From: Candidatus Iainarchaeum sp. | GTDB taxonomy: Archaea; Iainarchaeota; Iainarchaeia; Iainarchaeales; JAZDFD01 | Assembly: GCA_043808155.1 (NCBI GenBank) | Contig: JAZDFD010000028.1 | Location: 1 to 64,000 of the forward strand | DNA: 64,000 nt | Direction: 5' to 3' | Shown: one piece after another, positions 19,006 through 28,565 of the stretch | How positions within the stretch are numbered: the stretch's first letter is position 1 | Layout: each line of letters begins with the position of its first letter | Position numbers and translations under genes: made by a program | Notes under the pieces: generated by a model | The model's input: the letters and a program-made list of their open reading frames with translations, nothing else | Database searches by the model: none | What the model was told of the DNA's origin: nothing

Positions 19006-20583
19006 TCAAAGATGAATTCCTGCATCTGAAATGTCTTTTGGAATGCATTTCATTTCAGTAAATCTTTTTTCAAAAAGTGCAGCTAATTTTTTTGCCTGTG
19101 AAATATATGCATCTTTATCTTTCCAGAGGTTTTCTGGATTGAGATAGTCGTCAGGTACGTTGGGGCAATGGGTTGGCATTTCAAGATTGAATATTTTATG
19201 GGTAGTGTATTCTGCATTATTTAGTTTTCCTGATGTTGCAGCATTAACCATTGCACGCGAGTAATCAATATCAATTCTTGAACCAACACCAGCGGGACCA
19301 TAACCCCAGCCAGTGTTAATCATAAACACAGATGTATTATGAGTGTCTAATTTCTGTTTTAATAATTCAAGATACTTTGAGTGTTTTGCAGGCATAAAAG
19401 GTTCGCCAAAGAAAACTGAAAAAGTGGGAACTGGTTCATTTATTCCTCGTTCAGTTCCTGCAAGTTTGCTTGTGTAACCAGCTGCAAAGAAATAAAGTGC
19501 CTGTTGTTTTGAAAGCTTTGAAATGAAAGGCATTACTCCAAATGCATCCGCAGTTAAAAAAATTATTGTTTTGGGATGACCTGAAACACCAGAAAGTTTC
19601 ATTGAGGGAATGTGTGTTAAAGGATAAGCTGCACGTGAGTTTTCTGTGATGGAAGCATCATCATAATCATAAGAACTGTCTTCACGCATTACTGCATTTT
19701 CAACTAATGTTCCGTGTTTTATTGCATCCCAAATTTGAGGTTCTTTTTCTTTATTTAATTTGATGCACTTTGCATAACACCCTCCTTCAAAATTAAAAAC
19801 TCCAATATCACTCCATCCGTGTTCGTCGTCCCCTACTAATACACGTGAAGGGTCATTTGAAAGTGTTGTTTTTCCTGTTCCTGAAAGACCAAAGAAAAGC
19901 GCAGAGTTTCCTTCTGAATCTTCATTTGCAGAACAATGCATTGGAAGAACATCTTTAAATGTGAGAATATAATTCATAACCGTGAAAATTGATTTTTTTA
20001 TTTCACCAATGTATTTTGTGCTTCCAATAAGAACAATTTTCTTTTCAAAATTCAAAATAATAAATGCTTCTGAATTTGTTCCGTCAAGTTCTGGAACTGC
20101 TTTCAGAGAAGGTGCACTTAAAACAGTATAATCAGGAATGTGGTTTTCTAATTCTTCTTTTGATGGACGTATGAATAAATTATTGCTTGCAAGTGCCTGC
20201 GATGCTAATTCAGAAACAACTCTCAATTTCAAAGAGTAGTTTTTATCTGCACCAACTGAACCATCAAAAATGAAAAGTTCATCTTTTTCATTTAAATGTG
20301 AAATTGTTTTTTTGTAAAGTTTATCAAAAGTTTCTGTGCTTATTGGTTTATTGGCTGAGTTCCATTCAACATATGATTTTACAGACTCTGACTCAACAAT
20401 AAATCTGTCATTCGGAGAACGGCCAGTGTAAGGTGAAGTGTTTACTGATAGAGATTTATTTTTTGCAATCACGCCTTCTTTTCTTTCAACTGCTTTTTCA
20501 ATAAGTTCTTCAACACTGAGATTTCTGTGTATTTTTCCTTTTGGGATTATTCCAATTTTTTCAAGATTAAAAGTTTCAGACAT
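19006..20583 (-). CDS. pckA: Phosphoenolpyruvate carboxykinase (ATP)
   Basis: TGRSP, GEIKKSIF, MHCSAN, FFGLSGTGKTTLS, GDDEHGW and NFEGGCYAK motifs. Confidence 0.97.
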   Translation of the reverse strand: MSETFNLEKIGIIPKGKIHRNLSVEELIEKAVERKEGVIAKNKSLSVNTSPYTGRSPNDRFIVESESVKSYVEWNSANKPISTETFDKLYKKTISHLNEKDELFIFDGSVGADKNYSLKLRVVSELASQALASNNLFIRPSKEELENHIPDYTVLSAPSLKAVPELDGTNSEAFIILNFEKKIVLIGSTKYIGEIKKSIFTVMNYILTFKDVLPMHCSANEDSEGNSALFFGLSGTGKTTLSNDPSRVLVGDDEHGWSDIGVFNFEGGCYAKCIKLNKEKEPQIWDAIKHGTLVENAVMREDSSYDYDDASITENSRAAYPLTHIPSMKLSGVSGHPKTIIFLTADAFGVMPFISKLSKQQALYFFAAGYTSKLAGTERGINEPVPTFSVFFGEPFMPAKHSKYLELLKQKLDTHNTSVFMINTGWGYGPAGVGSRIDIDYSRAMVNAATSGKLNNAEYTTHKIFNLEMPTHCPNVPDDYLNPENLWKDKDAYISQAKKLAALFEKRFTEMKCIPKDISDAGIHL

Positions 20584-20719
20584 TATATTTCACTCTAAAT
20601 ATTGATATAATGAAAATATTAAAAGCTTAAAGGGAAATGCCTTGATAATCTTTAATTGTCTAAATAGTCTCAAATCTTCTTTTGGAAATGTTTAAATATC
20701 AAAAAACCCTACTTCTGAT

Positions 20720-21502
20720 ATGAAAAAGTTATTTGTTTTAGCATCGCTCATAGCACTTCTAATTTTAGCAGGGTGTACTGAACCTTCAATTCCTAGTGAG
20801 TCTGACCCGAATTCAGATGAAAATTTAAATGCTGACTCAGATAGTGATGCAAACGAAGAAGCAGATAATTGTGCAGAAGTAACTTGTGATGATTATTGCG
20901 ATGGTAATGCACGTTATCATGATGCGTATTGTGATGATGGAGAATGTGTAATGTATGTTGCTACAGTGTGTCCTTTTGGTTGCCATCAGAATGGAAGTAC
21001 TAAATGTAAAGAACCCCCTGTAGGAGTAATTTTTATCTCAAGTGAAAAGTGGTTTGGCAATTTAGACGGACTTTCGGGAGCAGACTCAAAATGCCAGAAT
21101 GCTGCAAATAATGCTGAGCATACAGGAACATGGAAAGCCTTAATCAGCACTTCAACTGTCAATGCAAAAGACAGAATTCCCGATACTGTTTTCTATTTAA
21201 TTGATGGGACAATTATTGCAAACAGCAAAGCAGATTTGTTTGATGGTACGATTCAAAACCAACTAGAATTGGATGAATATGGGTTTAGCCAATACCCTGC
21301 GCCTGTCTTTACAGGAACTGATGATGATGGTACTGTAAAGGAAGATCAAGGAATTACAAAGACTTGTGGTGATTGGACTGTTGCCTCGGGAGATGGGGGG
21401 ATTGGTGTAGGTACTACTAATACTACTTCATGGATAGATTCGGGGTATTTTAATAGCTGCGGACATGAGCAACGAAGCTTGTACTGTGTCAGAACTGCTT
21501 AA
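20720..21502 (+). CDS. Surface lipoprotein with Cys-rich segment and DUF1554/endostatin-like (lectin-fold) domain
   Basis: LAGC lipobox; GNLDGLSGADSKCQ..WKALIS..DRI pattern; C-terminal LYCV. Confidence 0.7.
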   Translation: MKKLFVLASLIALLILAGCTEPSIPSESDPNSDENLNADSDSDANEEADNCAEVTCDDYCDGNARYHDAYCDDGECVMYVATVCPFGCHQNGSTKCKEPPVGVIFISSEKWFGNLDGLSGADSKCQNAANNAEHTGTWKALISTSTVNAKDRIPDTVFYLIDGTIIANSKADLFDGTIQNQLELDEYGFSQYPAPVFTGTDDDGTVKEDQGITKTCGDWTVASGDGGIGVGTTNTTSWIDSGYFNSCGHEQRSLYCVRTA

Positions 21503-21587
21503 TGTAAATTAGGGGATTTCCTAACTAAAAGAAACGCTTTAAAATGATTAAAAGCGTATAATTAGTATCTTGTGAGGTGAGATTTTT

Positions 21588-23705
21588 ATGAAACATGAAA
21601 AAGGATTTTCTGGGATGGATATCGCAATTATGGCTATTGCAGGTCTTTTGATTGCAGCTGGACTTATTGCAGTTGTTGCAATTCCGGGACCAATTGACAA
21701 CACATTTGAGTTTTCAGATGTTCCTAAATTTGAATCATGCAGTGCAATAAAAACTGCATTTGAGGATGCGCAAGATCAGGGCTACCGCGGTTATGGCGGA
21801 GAAATGATGCTTGATATGATGGTGCCTACAATGAGTGCAACATCTGAAAAATCTTTTGCAGAAAGTGCAGACAGTGCAGGTAGTAATGGTGCAAGTGCAA
21901 CTCCAAATTATTCTGAAACAAATGTTCAGGTTCAGGGAGTTGATGAAGCAGATATTGTGAAAACTGACGGAAAATATATTTACACAATTACAAGAAATAA
22001 ATTAACAATTTCAAAAGCATATCCTGCAGAAGATGCAGAAGTTCTTTCAGTAACTGATTTGAAAAATTTAACACCAAATGAAATGTTCATAGAAGATGAT
22101 GTTGTTCTTGTGTTTGGAAGTTACTATGACGAAGTAAGAACTTTTGAACAGGGTCAAACTGGTGTCACATCAAAGGAGTCACAGCCAGGTGTTGCAACAA
22201 GTGAAATGGCTATTGCACCGGACATGATGCCGTATCCATATTACAACAGAAATCTTACAAGATTGCAGTTGTGGGATATTTCAGACAGAGAAAATCCTAA
22301 ATTAGAAAGAACTGTTGATTTTGAAGGAAGTTATTTAACCTCAAGAAAAATAGATGACATTGCATACTTTGTAATCAATACATATCCAAGTTACTATTAT
22401 GGAATGGCAGAAACAGCAGATGATGAAACAATACTTCCTGTTTTCAGAGACACTAAACAATCAGATGAATTTACTGCAGTTTCACGATGTGTTGATGTTG
22501 GTTATTTGCAGCCAATACAACCAAACAACTTTGTAACTGTTGGTTCAATTTCAATGAAAGATTTAGATAAAGAAGTTAAGAAAGAAACTGTTGTTGCATC
22601 AGGACAGAATGTTTATGCATCAGCAAATAATCTTTACTTAGCAGAAGTTGACTATCAATATCCTGAACCAATACCACTAGTAGACGACATAATGCCAGTG
22701 CAAAGATGGGAAGTTAAACAAGTAACTAATGTTCACAAATTTGCACTAAAAAATGGTTCAATTGCATACCAGGGAATGGGTTCAGCGCCAGGAAATATTC
22801 TGAATCAGTTCTCAATGGATGAATATGATGACCATTTCAGAATTGCAACAACAATAGGAAATGTTTCAAGAGCAGGAGGGGGTTCAGCAAACAACATATA
22901 TGTGTTTGATGATGAAATGAACCGTGTAGGTGCACTGGAAGACTTAGCCCCGGGTGAAGAAATTTACTCAATGAGGTTTATGGGTAAGAAAGGATATATG
23001 GTTACATTCAAAAAAATAGATCCTTTATTTGTGATTGATTTAAGCGACCATACAAATCCCAAAGTTCTGGGAAAACTGAAGATTCCTGGTTATTCAGATT
23101 ACCTGCACCCTTTTGATGAAACACACATAATTGGAGTTGGGAAAGCCGCAGTTGAAGCAGAAGGTGAGTGGGGCGACTTTGCATGGTATCAGGGCATAAA
23201 AATAGCATTATTTGACGTAAGTGATGTTGAAAACCCGAAAGAAATGTACCAGATAGTAATTGGCGACAGAGGAACAGATTCATATGCACTAAATGACCAC
23301 AAAGCATTCCTATTTGACAGAGAAAAGGAACTTTTGGTTTTGCCAATCACATTAGCAGAAATAAACGAAGCACAATATGGCAATGAAATACCTGATAGTG
23401 CATACGGGGACTTTGTGTATCAGGGGGCATATGTGTATAAATTGTCACTTGAAGACGGATTTGAGTTAATAGGCAGAATAACACACTATGATGACGAAGA
23501 TATCTTCAAAAAATCAGGTTATTACTACTATGGCGAGGACTATTCTGTGAAAAGGTCATTGTATATCGGTGATGTGCTGTACACTGTTTCAGATGCCAAA
23601 ATCCTTGCAAACAACCTTAGTGATTTAGATTTGATTAAAGAACTGAGACTTTTAAGTGCAGATGAATTAAACACTAATGAATACAATACTGTTTACTGGG
23701 AATAA
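21588..23705 (+). CDS. Secreted protein with C-terminal beta-propeller (Beta_propel family)
   Basis: YSETNVQVQGVDEADIVKTDG, LNQFSMDE, DPLFVIDL and LKIPGYSDYLHP motifs. Confidence 0.9.
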   Translation: MKHEKGFSGMDIAIMAIAGLLIAAGLIAVVAIPGPIDNTFEFSDVPKFESCSAIKTAFEDAQDQGYRGYGGEMMLDMMVPTMSATSEKSFAESADSAGSNGASATPNYSETNVQVQGVDEADIVKTDGKYIYTITRNKLTISKAYPAEDAEVLSVTDLKNLTPNEMFIEDDVVLVFGSYYDEVRTFEQGQTGVTSKESQPGVATSEMAIAPDMMPYPYYNRNLTRLQLWDISDRENPKLERTVDFEGSYLTSRKIDDIAYFVINTYPSYYYGMAETADDETILPVFRDTKQSDEFTAVSRCVDVGYLQPIQPNNFVTVGSISMKDLDKEVKKETVVASGQNVYASANNLYLAEVDYQYPEPIPLVDDIMPVQRWEVKQVTNVHKFALKNGSIAYQGMGSAPGNILNQFSMDEYDDHFRIATTIGNVSRAGGGSANNIYVFDDEMNRVGALEDLAPGEEIYSMRFMGKKGYMVTFKKIDPLFVIDLSDHTNPKVLGKLKIPGYSDYLHPFDETHIIGVGKAAVEAEGEWGDFAWYQGIKIALFDVSDVENPKEMYQIVIGDRGTDSYALNDHKAFLFDREKELLVLPITLAEINEAQYGNEIPDSAYGDFVYQGAYVYKLSLEDGFELIGRITHYDDEDIFKKSGYYYYGEDYSVKRSLYIGDVLYTVSDAKILANNLSDLDLIKELRLLSADELNTNEYNTVYWE

Positions 23706-23818
23706 TCCCAGTACTTTTTATTTTTTAGGCTTTTTTTTCTGTTTTAAGCATAACGAATAAATAATATTTGTTACACAACATAGTATAATTTAAAAAGTAA
23801 TTATGTTATGGTGTTAAA

Positions 23819-24061
23819 ATGGGATTAAGAGATTTTGTTCGGTCAGCAGTGAAAAATACGCCTCCAAGAATTGTCAATACTACACAGGGTATGACAAAAA
23901 TGATTGGAGATGACAATCAACCAACAGGCAGTCTGGCATCAGCTAAAAATACAAGCTGGGAAGAGTGCAAACATCTGAAAAAAACAACTAATCACAGCCT
24001 CTGTACCAAGTTCTCTGCTTTTTGCGCAAAAGAAAGATGCCCAAAAAAATACATGAGATAG
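23819..24061 (+). CDS. Small hypothetical protein with 4 Cys at the C-terminus
   Basis: 80 aa ORF with GGTG RBS; possible zinc binding. Confidence 0.6.
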   Translation: MGLRDFVRSAVKNTPPRIVNTTQGMTKMIGDDNQPTGSLASAKNTSWEECKHLKKTTNHSLCTKFSAFCAKERCPKKYMR

Positions 24062-24068
24062 TGATTTT

Positions 24069-24461
24069 ATGCCTTATATTGACTCAATGATCTTCAAAAA
24101 AAAAGGTGTCAAAAGAAGCCTTAAACTTATTCTTGAGGAAAATGAAAATATTCTCACATGCATTAAGCAGGGGATGAAAGAACATAATTTGTCAGAAGTG
24201 CAAATTCTCAGTATGACTGGAAAGATAAAAGAAGGCATTATGAGTTATCTAAATGGTTCTAAATATGTGGTTTATAATTTTGATAACAATGATGTTATGC
24301 TCGCGGGGGGGCAATACAAACTTTCATTTGGGGAACTTTTTGGAAGCCTTAGAATCACTGTAAAAGAAAACAAAATACCGATAAATGGTGTTTTCTCAAA
24401 AGGCAAGGCAGCAGAAGGTTTGGAAATAAACCTGGAATTTACAGAATTTGTTGACCAATAG
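24069..24461 (+). CDS. PPC/DUF296-like domain protein (divergent)
   Basis: L..NENILTCI...ILSMTGKIKE pattern; GTGA RBS. Confidence 0.55.
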   Translation: MPYIDSMIFKKKGVKRSLKLILEENENILTCIKQGMKEHNLSEVQILSMTGKIKEGIMSYLNGSKYVVYNFDNNDVMLAGGQYKLSFGELFGSLRITVKENKIPINGVFSKGKAAEGLEINLEFTEFVDQ

Positions 24462-24501
24462 AACAGGCTCTTTTTTATATTAGAAAAGTATAATATTAGC
24501 G

Positions 24502-25155
24502 ATGATTGCTACAGGAATTCCGGAATTAGATGCGATTATAAATCAAATTTTTCCCTATATAGAAGCAAATCTTTTGACAGTGGTAACACAGACAATTGCG
24601 ATTGTAATTTACGGAGTTGCAATTTTTCATTTTTACAGATTTGTTGCAAGAAAAGATGTATTCGGGTTTGACATGACTGATTATCTGCAGGGTCAGAAAG
24701 CATTTCTTTCAAAAATAACAGATACTTTCGCTGGTGCAATTTCATATGGTTTGGTTTTTCCGTTATTTGTTTTCTTGTGGTTTATGGGATTTGCAATTTT
24801 ATTGTTTTTTCTTACAAGAACAACAGACATACCGCAGATTCTTTTGATTTCAATTGCAATTGTTTCTGCAATTAGAATTACAGCATATTATAGTGAAGAT
24901 CTTTCAAAAGATCTTGCAAAAATGCTGCCGTTTGCATTATTAGCAATTGCGATTGTTGAGCCTTCATTTTTCACAACTGCAACATCATTAGCAAATGTAA
25001 TGAATTTCCAAAATCACATTCCACAAATAATTGGATTTGCAGTAATTGTGATTCTTTTAGAATGGACACTTAGAATTTTTGTATTTGTCAAAAGAGCATT
25101 GTTTGGTGTTGAAATTAAAAAAGAAAAACTTGAAGCTGAAGGACTTGAAGCTTAA
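24502..25155 (+). CDS. Hypothetical membrane protein
   Basis: Several TM segments; RITAYYSEDLSKDLAKMLP block. Confidence 0.7.
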   Translation: MIATGIPELDAIINQIFPYIEANLLTVVTQTIAIVIYGVAIFHFYRFVARKDVFGFDMTDYLQGQKAFLSKITDTFAGAISYGLVFPLFVFLWFMGFAILLFFLTRTTDIPQILLISIAIVSAIRITAYYSEDLSKDLAKMLPFALLAIAIVEPSFFTTATSLANVMNFQNHIPQIIGFAVIVILLEWTLRIFVFVKRALFGVEIKKEKLEAEGLEA

Positions 25156-25272
25156 TTTAGTCTCTAATTATATATAATGTATATAAAAGAAATATAACTG
25201 ATGAATATAACTAATATAACTGATGAATATAACTAATAGAAAATACGCTGAAATTGAGTCCGCTACCTTAAT

Positions 25273-26358
25273 TCATTTCTTCAGTTCAATTGTCTGGGTC
25301 GGGAATGCGAAACTAATTTTTGCTTTTTCAAAGCGTTCTTTGATTTCTAAATTCACATCATTAATAGTTTGTGTTATTTTGCCCCAGTCTCTTTCTTCAA
25401 TCCAGTAAAATACATCAATGTTTAATGAAAAGTCTGCAAATTCTTTGAAATAAATGATGGGATTTTCTGTTATGTTTTTATGTGATGCAAGAATTTCTTT
25501 CAGAATCTTTAATGCTTCTTTTTGTTTTGCAACAGTAGTATCATAAGTTGTTCCAAGAGTCACTGTAACTTTTCTTGCAGGTTCTGAAGAAACATTTGTA
25601 ATTGCAGTTGATGCAACTTTTGCATTAGGAATTGTAATTAAGCGCCCATCTAAACTTCTGATTCTTGTGTTTCTTAAACCAACTTCTTCAACCACGCCGT
25701 CGAGACCGTCGAATTTCACGCGGTCACCTGTAACAAAAGGCTTTCCTGTGAAAATTGAAAAACCACCAAAGATATCAGATAATGTTTGCTGTGCTGCAAA
25801 TGCTAATGCCAAACCACCAATACCGAGACCTGCAATTATTGCAGTAATGTCCTGGCCAACGTGGCCAAGAATTGCAAGCAGTGTTAAACCAATAATAACT
25901 ATTTTCAGGACTTTTGAAATTATCGGCATTAGCTGGTCGTCAAGTTTTGAATCTGTTTTGGAAACAATTGGTTTTATTATTTGCTCAAGAAAATGGTCAA
26001 CTGCTTTTACTGCAGTGTATGCAACTGCAAGCAGTATAAGAATGTAAGTTATATTATCAAAAAGTCCGAGAATTGCAACATCCGTAATTGCAAGGAATGC
26101 GAATGCAATCTGCAAACCGACAATAATGAAAATAAAAACAATTGGTTCTTCAACAATGTCTAAAATTAAATCATCAATATTTGATTTACTTTTTGCAGTT
26201 ATTTGTCGACCCACGGTCTGAGCGAGTTTGTATATTATTTTTCCGACAATGAAAAACAAAATCATTGTTCCAATGAACAATAAATATCGGGATAGAGGAA
26301 TCCCATAGAACATCTGGGGGAACATTGGATCCACAATTGATGTAAATATATCGAACAT
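25273..26358 (-). CDS. mscS: Small-conductance mechanosensitive channel
   Basis: AGLGIGGLALAFAAQ, PFVTGD, G.VEEVGLRNTRIR, IPNA and FAFPTQT motifs. Confidence 0.93.
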   Translation of the reverse strand: MFDIFTSIVDPMFPQMFYGIPLSRYLLFIGTMILFFIVGKIIYKLAQTVGRQITAKSKSNIDDLILDIVEEPIVFIFIIVGLQIAFAFLAITDVAILGLFDNITYILILLAVAYTAVKAVDHFLEQIIKPIVSKTDSKLDDQLMPIISKVLKIVIIGLTLLAILGHVGQDITAIIAGLGIGGLALAFAAQQTLSDIFGGFSIFTGKPFVTGDRVKFDGLDGVVEEVGLRNTRIRSLDGRLITIPNAKVASTAITNVSSEPARKVTVTLGTTYDTTVAKQKEALKILKEILASHKNITENPIIYFKEFADFSLNIDVFYWIEERDWGKITQTINDVNLEIKERFEKAKISFAFPTQTIELKK

Positions 26359-26365
26359 AACTCAA

Positions 26366-26692
26366 ATATACATAAACAAAGTATTTAAAGGTAATTAATG
26401 TGTCATAGCGAACAACGTGAGCGTACCCGATTTCTGCTTTAGCAGAAATGGGCGCATTTCAGCAGAGCTGAAATAGCGTGACACCCGTACTCGCCGGACG
26501 TGACGGCGATATACATAAACAAAGTATTTAAAGCTAATCCAAAAGCGAACAAAGTGAGCAAGTACTACCGAGCCAAAGCGAAGTGTACTCAAGCTCGAGG
26601 ATTGAGCCTCGCGGGCGTTCGGCGCTGGACGTAACGGCGAGCGGAGCGAGATGTGGCACCACAGTGCCACGCGCACCAGCCTGGCGCTCGGC
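26366..26692 (+). repeat. Composite GC-rich hairpin-module element(s) with a 25 bp duplication of the mscS promoter region
   Basis: ATATACATAAACAAAGTATTTAAAG at 26366-26390 and 26509-26533; modules shared with 16869, 49214 and 60116. Confidence 0.85.
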
Positions 26693-26838
26693 TTTATAAA
26701 ACTTTCCCAATTATAATATGTAAAATAAAAGAGACACATGTGTGTCGATTTTTCCAGCTACTATGAAACCCTCGTGAATTGATGCCAAAACAAAGAATTA
26801 CGCGATTTTAGAGATGTTTCCGGAAAAATCATCAATAT

Positions 26839-27081
26839 ATGGTGAGCTTGATGGCGTTTAAGATTGGAGACCACTTTTTAGTTCCGGAGCATATTATTAT
26901 GCCTCCTGAAAAGGCAACTGAACTTCTTGAAAAACTTGGAATTACAAAAAAAGATATGCCAAAAATCCCGAAAAACGACACAGCCTTGAAAGATCTTAAA
27001 CCTGTCAAAGGCGATATTATAAAAATTATAAGAGACAGCCCTACCGCAGGAAAAAGTGTATACTATAGGGTTGTAATTTAA
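26839..27081 (+). CDS. rpoH: RNA polymerase subunit H (Rpo5)
   Basis: HFLVPEH, PKI and IIRDSPTAG..YYRVV motifs. Confidence 0.96.
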   Translation: MVSLMAFKIGDHFLVPEHIIMPPEKATELLEKLGITKKDMPKIPKNDTALKDLKPVKGDIIKIIRDSPTAGKSVYYRVVI

Positions 27082-27084
27082 CTG

Positions 27085-28560
27085 GTGATATTTTTGGATG
27101 GATGGCCGATTATAGATTCATATTTCCGTGACAGGAATCTGGCAAAAATGGAAATTGATTCATTTAATCAGTTTGTAGAAAAGAAACTTGATGAAATCAT
27201 AGATGAGAACAAGGAAATTATTCCTAAAATTGAAGAAGTTAAAATTGAGCTTTCAGAAATTAAAATTGATAAACCAAGAATTGTTGAAGCAGATGGAAGT
27301 CCCAGAACACAATTTTACCCAATGGAAGCAAGGTTGAGAAACAGAACCTATGCAGGGCCTTTATTTCTAACAATGAAACTTCTCAGAAGAGATGTTGAAC
27401 AGGATGTTAAAACTACTTATATTGGTGATCTTCCAATAATGCTTAAATCAGATATGTGCTGGTTAAACGGAAAAAACGATGAAGAACTAATGGAAATGGG
27501 CGAAGACCCAAAAGATTTCGGTGGTTACTTTATTGTAAACGGTTCTGAAAAAGCATTGATGACACAGGAAGTTCTGGCATCAGACAGAGTATTAATTTCA
27601 GAACAGGACGCAAAAGGAGTTGTATCCGAAGTAATTTCTACAAAGGGCGCATTTAAAGGAAGAATCAGAATTTCCAGAAAACCTGACGGACTTTTGCATG
27701 TTACATTCCCTGCGTCTCCAAAAAAGCTCGGATTGTTTACATTAATGAAAGCATTGGGATTGAAAACCCAGAAAGATATAAGAGGCGCATTTGGTGAAAG
27801 CAAGGAAATTGACAATGATATTTTAATCAACTGGGAAAACTGCGAAATCCGAAATGAAGAAGAAGCACTTGACAAGATTGGAAAGTTTGTTGCACCAGGA
27901 CAGGTAATTGATTACAGACTCAAAAGAGCACAGGAAGTTATTGATGCATTCTTGCTTCCGCACATTGGGCAGGAAAAAGAAGCAAGACTTGCAAAGGCAT
28001 ATTACCTGGGAATGATGGCAACAAAAGCAATTGAAAGAGCACACGGATTACGTGGGGAAGATGACAAAGATCACTACGCAAACAAAAGATTAGAGTTAAG
28101 CGGAAAATTAATGGAACACTTATTCAGATATTCATTCAAATACTTTGTAAAAGATTTGAGATTCCAAATTGACAGAACTATTACAAGAAGAAGAAAATTA
28201 AATATTGCAACAGTTGTAAGACCTGGTGCAGTAACTGAAAGAATTAAATTTGCAATGAGCACAGGAAACTGGATTGGAAGAGCAACTGGTGTTTCTAAAT
28301 TTATGGACCGTGTAAATTACTTAAGTCCATTAACGGATTTGAGAAAAGTTAAAAGTCCTTTGAATAAAAACAGAGAATTATATGAAGCACGTGATGTGCA
28401 CGGAACCCATTGGGGAAGATTAGACCCAATTGAAACTCCTGATGGTCCGCAGTGTGGTTTAGTTAAGAATTTATGTTTAATGGCAGAAGTGACAACAGAA
28501 ACAGATGAAGCGCCAATTGAAGAATTTTTGAAAAATAAGGGCGTTGCATTGAGAAAGTAG
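27085..28560 (+). CDS. rpoB2: RNA polymerase subunit B'' (Rpo2N)
   Basis: PMEARLRNRTY, GGYFIVNGSEK and ETPDGPQCGLVKN motifs. Confidence 0.95.
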   Translation: MIFLDGWPIIDSYFRDRNLAKMEIDSFNQFVEKKLDEIIDENKEIIPKIEEVKIELSEIKIDKPRIVEADGSPRTQFYPMEARLRNRTYAGPLFLTMKLLRRDVEQDVKTTYIGDLPIMLKSDMCWLNGKNDEELMEMGEDPKDFGGYFIVNGSEKALMTQEVLASDRVLISEQDAKGVVSEVISTKGAFKGRIRISRKPDGLLHVTFPASPKKLGLFTLMKALGLKTQKDIRGAFGESKEIDNDILINWENCEIRNEEEALDKIGKFVAPGQVIDYRLKRAQEVIDAFLLPHIGQEKEARLAKAYYLGMMATKAIERAHGLRGEDDKDHYANKRLELSGKLMEHLFRYSFKYFVKDLRFQIDRTITRRRKLNIATVVRPGAVTERIKFAMSTGNWIGRATGVSKFMDRVNYLSPLTDLRKVKSPLNKNRELYEARDVHGTHWGRLDPIETPDGPQCGLVKNLCLMAEVTTETDEAPIEEFLKNKGVALRK

Positions 28561-28565
28561 GTGTT

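Noticed and set aside
26395-26739. 114 aa minus-strand ORF
   Set aside because: Runs through GC-rich hairpin modules and the rpoH promoter; atypical composition and no recognisable motif
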